Virus record (IMG/VR): IMGVR_UViG_3300048030_000249
Location: 1-26,381 of that record
DNA length: 26,381 nt
Source: a virus
Lineage: Duplodnaviria; Caudoviricetes
Strand: one strand, 5' to 3'
Shown here: piece after piece, positions 25,204-26,381 of the stretch
How positions within the stretch are numbered: position 1 is the first letter of the stretch
Layout: each line of letters opens with the position of its first letter
Program-made: the position numbers and the translations under genes
The notes under the pieces: generated by a model
The model's database searches: none
The model's input: the letters and a program-made list of their open reading frames with translations, nothing else
Told to the model about the DNA's origin: nothing

Positions 25204-26381
25204 ATGGCAACAGTAATTCAAATTAAAAGAAGTACAGGTCTAACTGCCCCAACGACATCTAACTTGTCAGAAGGTGAATTAGCATATGTACAGGATAGAG
25301 CGAATTCAGGTGCATCAGCAAAACTATACATTGAATCAGTAGATTCTGATAACAGTACTGCATTAATCCACTCAATCGGTGGTAAGTACTACACAGATAT
25401 CTTAGAAGGTTCATCTGCAACTCCTGCTAACTTAAAAGTTGGTAATGGTTCAACTGCAGGTGCAAGTGTACAGTTAATGGAAGATTCAGACAATGGAACA
25501 AACTTTGTTGCATTAAAATCTGCAGATTCTCTTGCTAGCTCTGTGACATTTACTCTTCCATCAGCAGACGGTTCTGCAAACCAAGTAATTGGTACTGATG
25601 GTTCAGGTGTTTTATCATTCTTGTCAACTACATCTACATTAGCAGGTGCAGACGACACTAATATCACATCACCAGCAGACGGTGGTATGTTATTATATGA
25701 TGCAGATACATCAAAATGGATTGACAATGTAATGTCAGGTGATGCTACTTTAACAGACGGCGGTGTTTTAACACTTGGTGCTGATGTTGTAGACGGAACA
25801 AACATTGCAGACGATTCAATCGACTCAGAACATTTAGTAGACGGTGGTATTGATACAGCTCACATTGCTAACTCAGCAGTAACAGTAGGAAAAATCGACT
25901 TCTTAGTAGACGAAGACAATATGGCTTCAGACTCTGCAGTTAAAGTTCCTTCTCAACAATCTGTTAAAGCATATGTGGATTCACAAGTAACAGCACAAGA
26001 CTTAGACATGGCTGGTGATTCAGGAACTGGTGCAGTCGACTTAGACTCACAGTCAATCACATTTACTGGTGGAACTGGTGTAACAACTTCTGTTTCAGGT
26101 CAAGCAGCGACTTTCGCTATTGGTCAGGCAGTTGCAACAACAGATAACGTAACTTTCAACAACGTAGACGTTGATGGAACACTTACATCTGATGACATCA
26201 CATCTACAAACATTGCAGCTTCAGGAAACTTAACTGTTTCAGGAAACTTGACAGTAAACGGAACAACAACAACAGTTAACTCTACAACAGTAGAAATTGA
26301 TGACCCTGTATTTGAAATCGGTGAAGGAACTTCAGACGATAACTTAGACAGAGGTATCAAATTCAACTGGCACAATGGTTC
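25204..26381 (+). CDS. Partial long tail fibre protein
   Basis: Not in the ORF track because there is no stop in the window. Begins MATVIQIKRSTG..AP....L.EGELAY; later T.TLP.ADG...QV..TDGSG.LSF, VPSQQSVKAYVD and GNLTVSGNLTVNGTTTTVNSTT...D, all fibre motifs. SD AGGA. Confidence 0.85.
   Translation, partial: MATVIQIKRSTGLTAPTTSNLSEGELAYVQDRANSGASAKLYIESVDSDNSTALIHSIGGKYYTDILEGSSATPANLKVGNGSTAGASVQLMEDSDNGTNFVALKSADSLASSVTFTLPSADGSANQVIGTDGSGVLSFLSTTSTLAGADDTNITSPADGGMLLYDADTSKWIDNVMSGDATLTDGGVLTLGADVVDGTNIADDSIDSEHLVDGGIDTAHIANSAVTVGKIDFLVDEDNMASDSAVKVPSQQSVKAYVDSQVTAQDLDMAGDSGTGAVDLDSQSITFTGGTGVTTSVSGQAATFAIGQAVATTDNVTFNNVDVDGTLTSDDITSTNIAASGNLTVSGNLTVNGTTTTVNSTTVEIDDPVFEIGEGTSDDNLDRGIKFNWHNG

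Noticed and set aside
1-26381. Alternative genetic code, introns, inteins or tRNAs
   Set aside because: Genes tile the window at expected lengths in the standard code. I saw no intein, homing-endonuclease or cloverleaf signatures.

Overview
AT-rich segment of a T4-like (myovirus) phage genome, with a gene order resembling marine T4-like phages; the host cannot be determined from the sequence. It is a late virion-structure module. The minus strand carries gp4 head completion, gp2 DNA end protector and the 5' part of a gp54/gp19-like gene. The plus strand carries gp48, gp53, a putative hub, a lysozyme-less gp5, an unknown 360-aa helical protein, gp25, gp6, a 162-aa protein, gp7, gp8, a 2201-aa DUF4815/VrlC-like protein, several fibre/adaptor genes and a partial long tail fibre. 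T4-type late promoters (YATAAATA) punctuate the region. The most striking observation is the gene pair 22524-23771 / 23771-24463. Their two different repeat arrays have exactly mirror-image 8/10-residue spacing, and 17 proline pairs satisfy i+j=200. This suggests two separately encoded chains that zip antiparallel into one needle-like fibre with a swappable tip. Also notable are putative leaderless late mRNAs, structured leaders upstream of two genes, repeated 'hhEDG' motifs in gp7 and apparent GATC avoidance. All product calls come from recalled motifs and synteny; no database searches were run.
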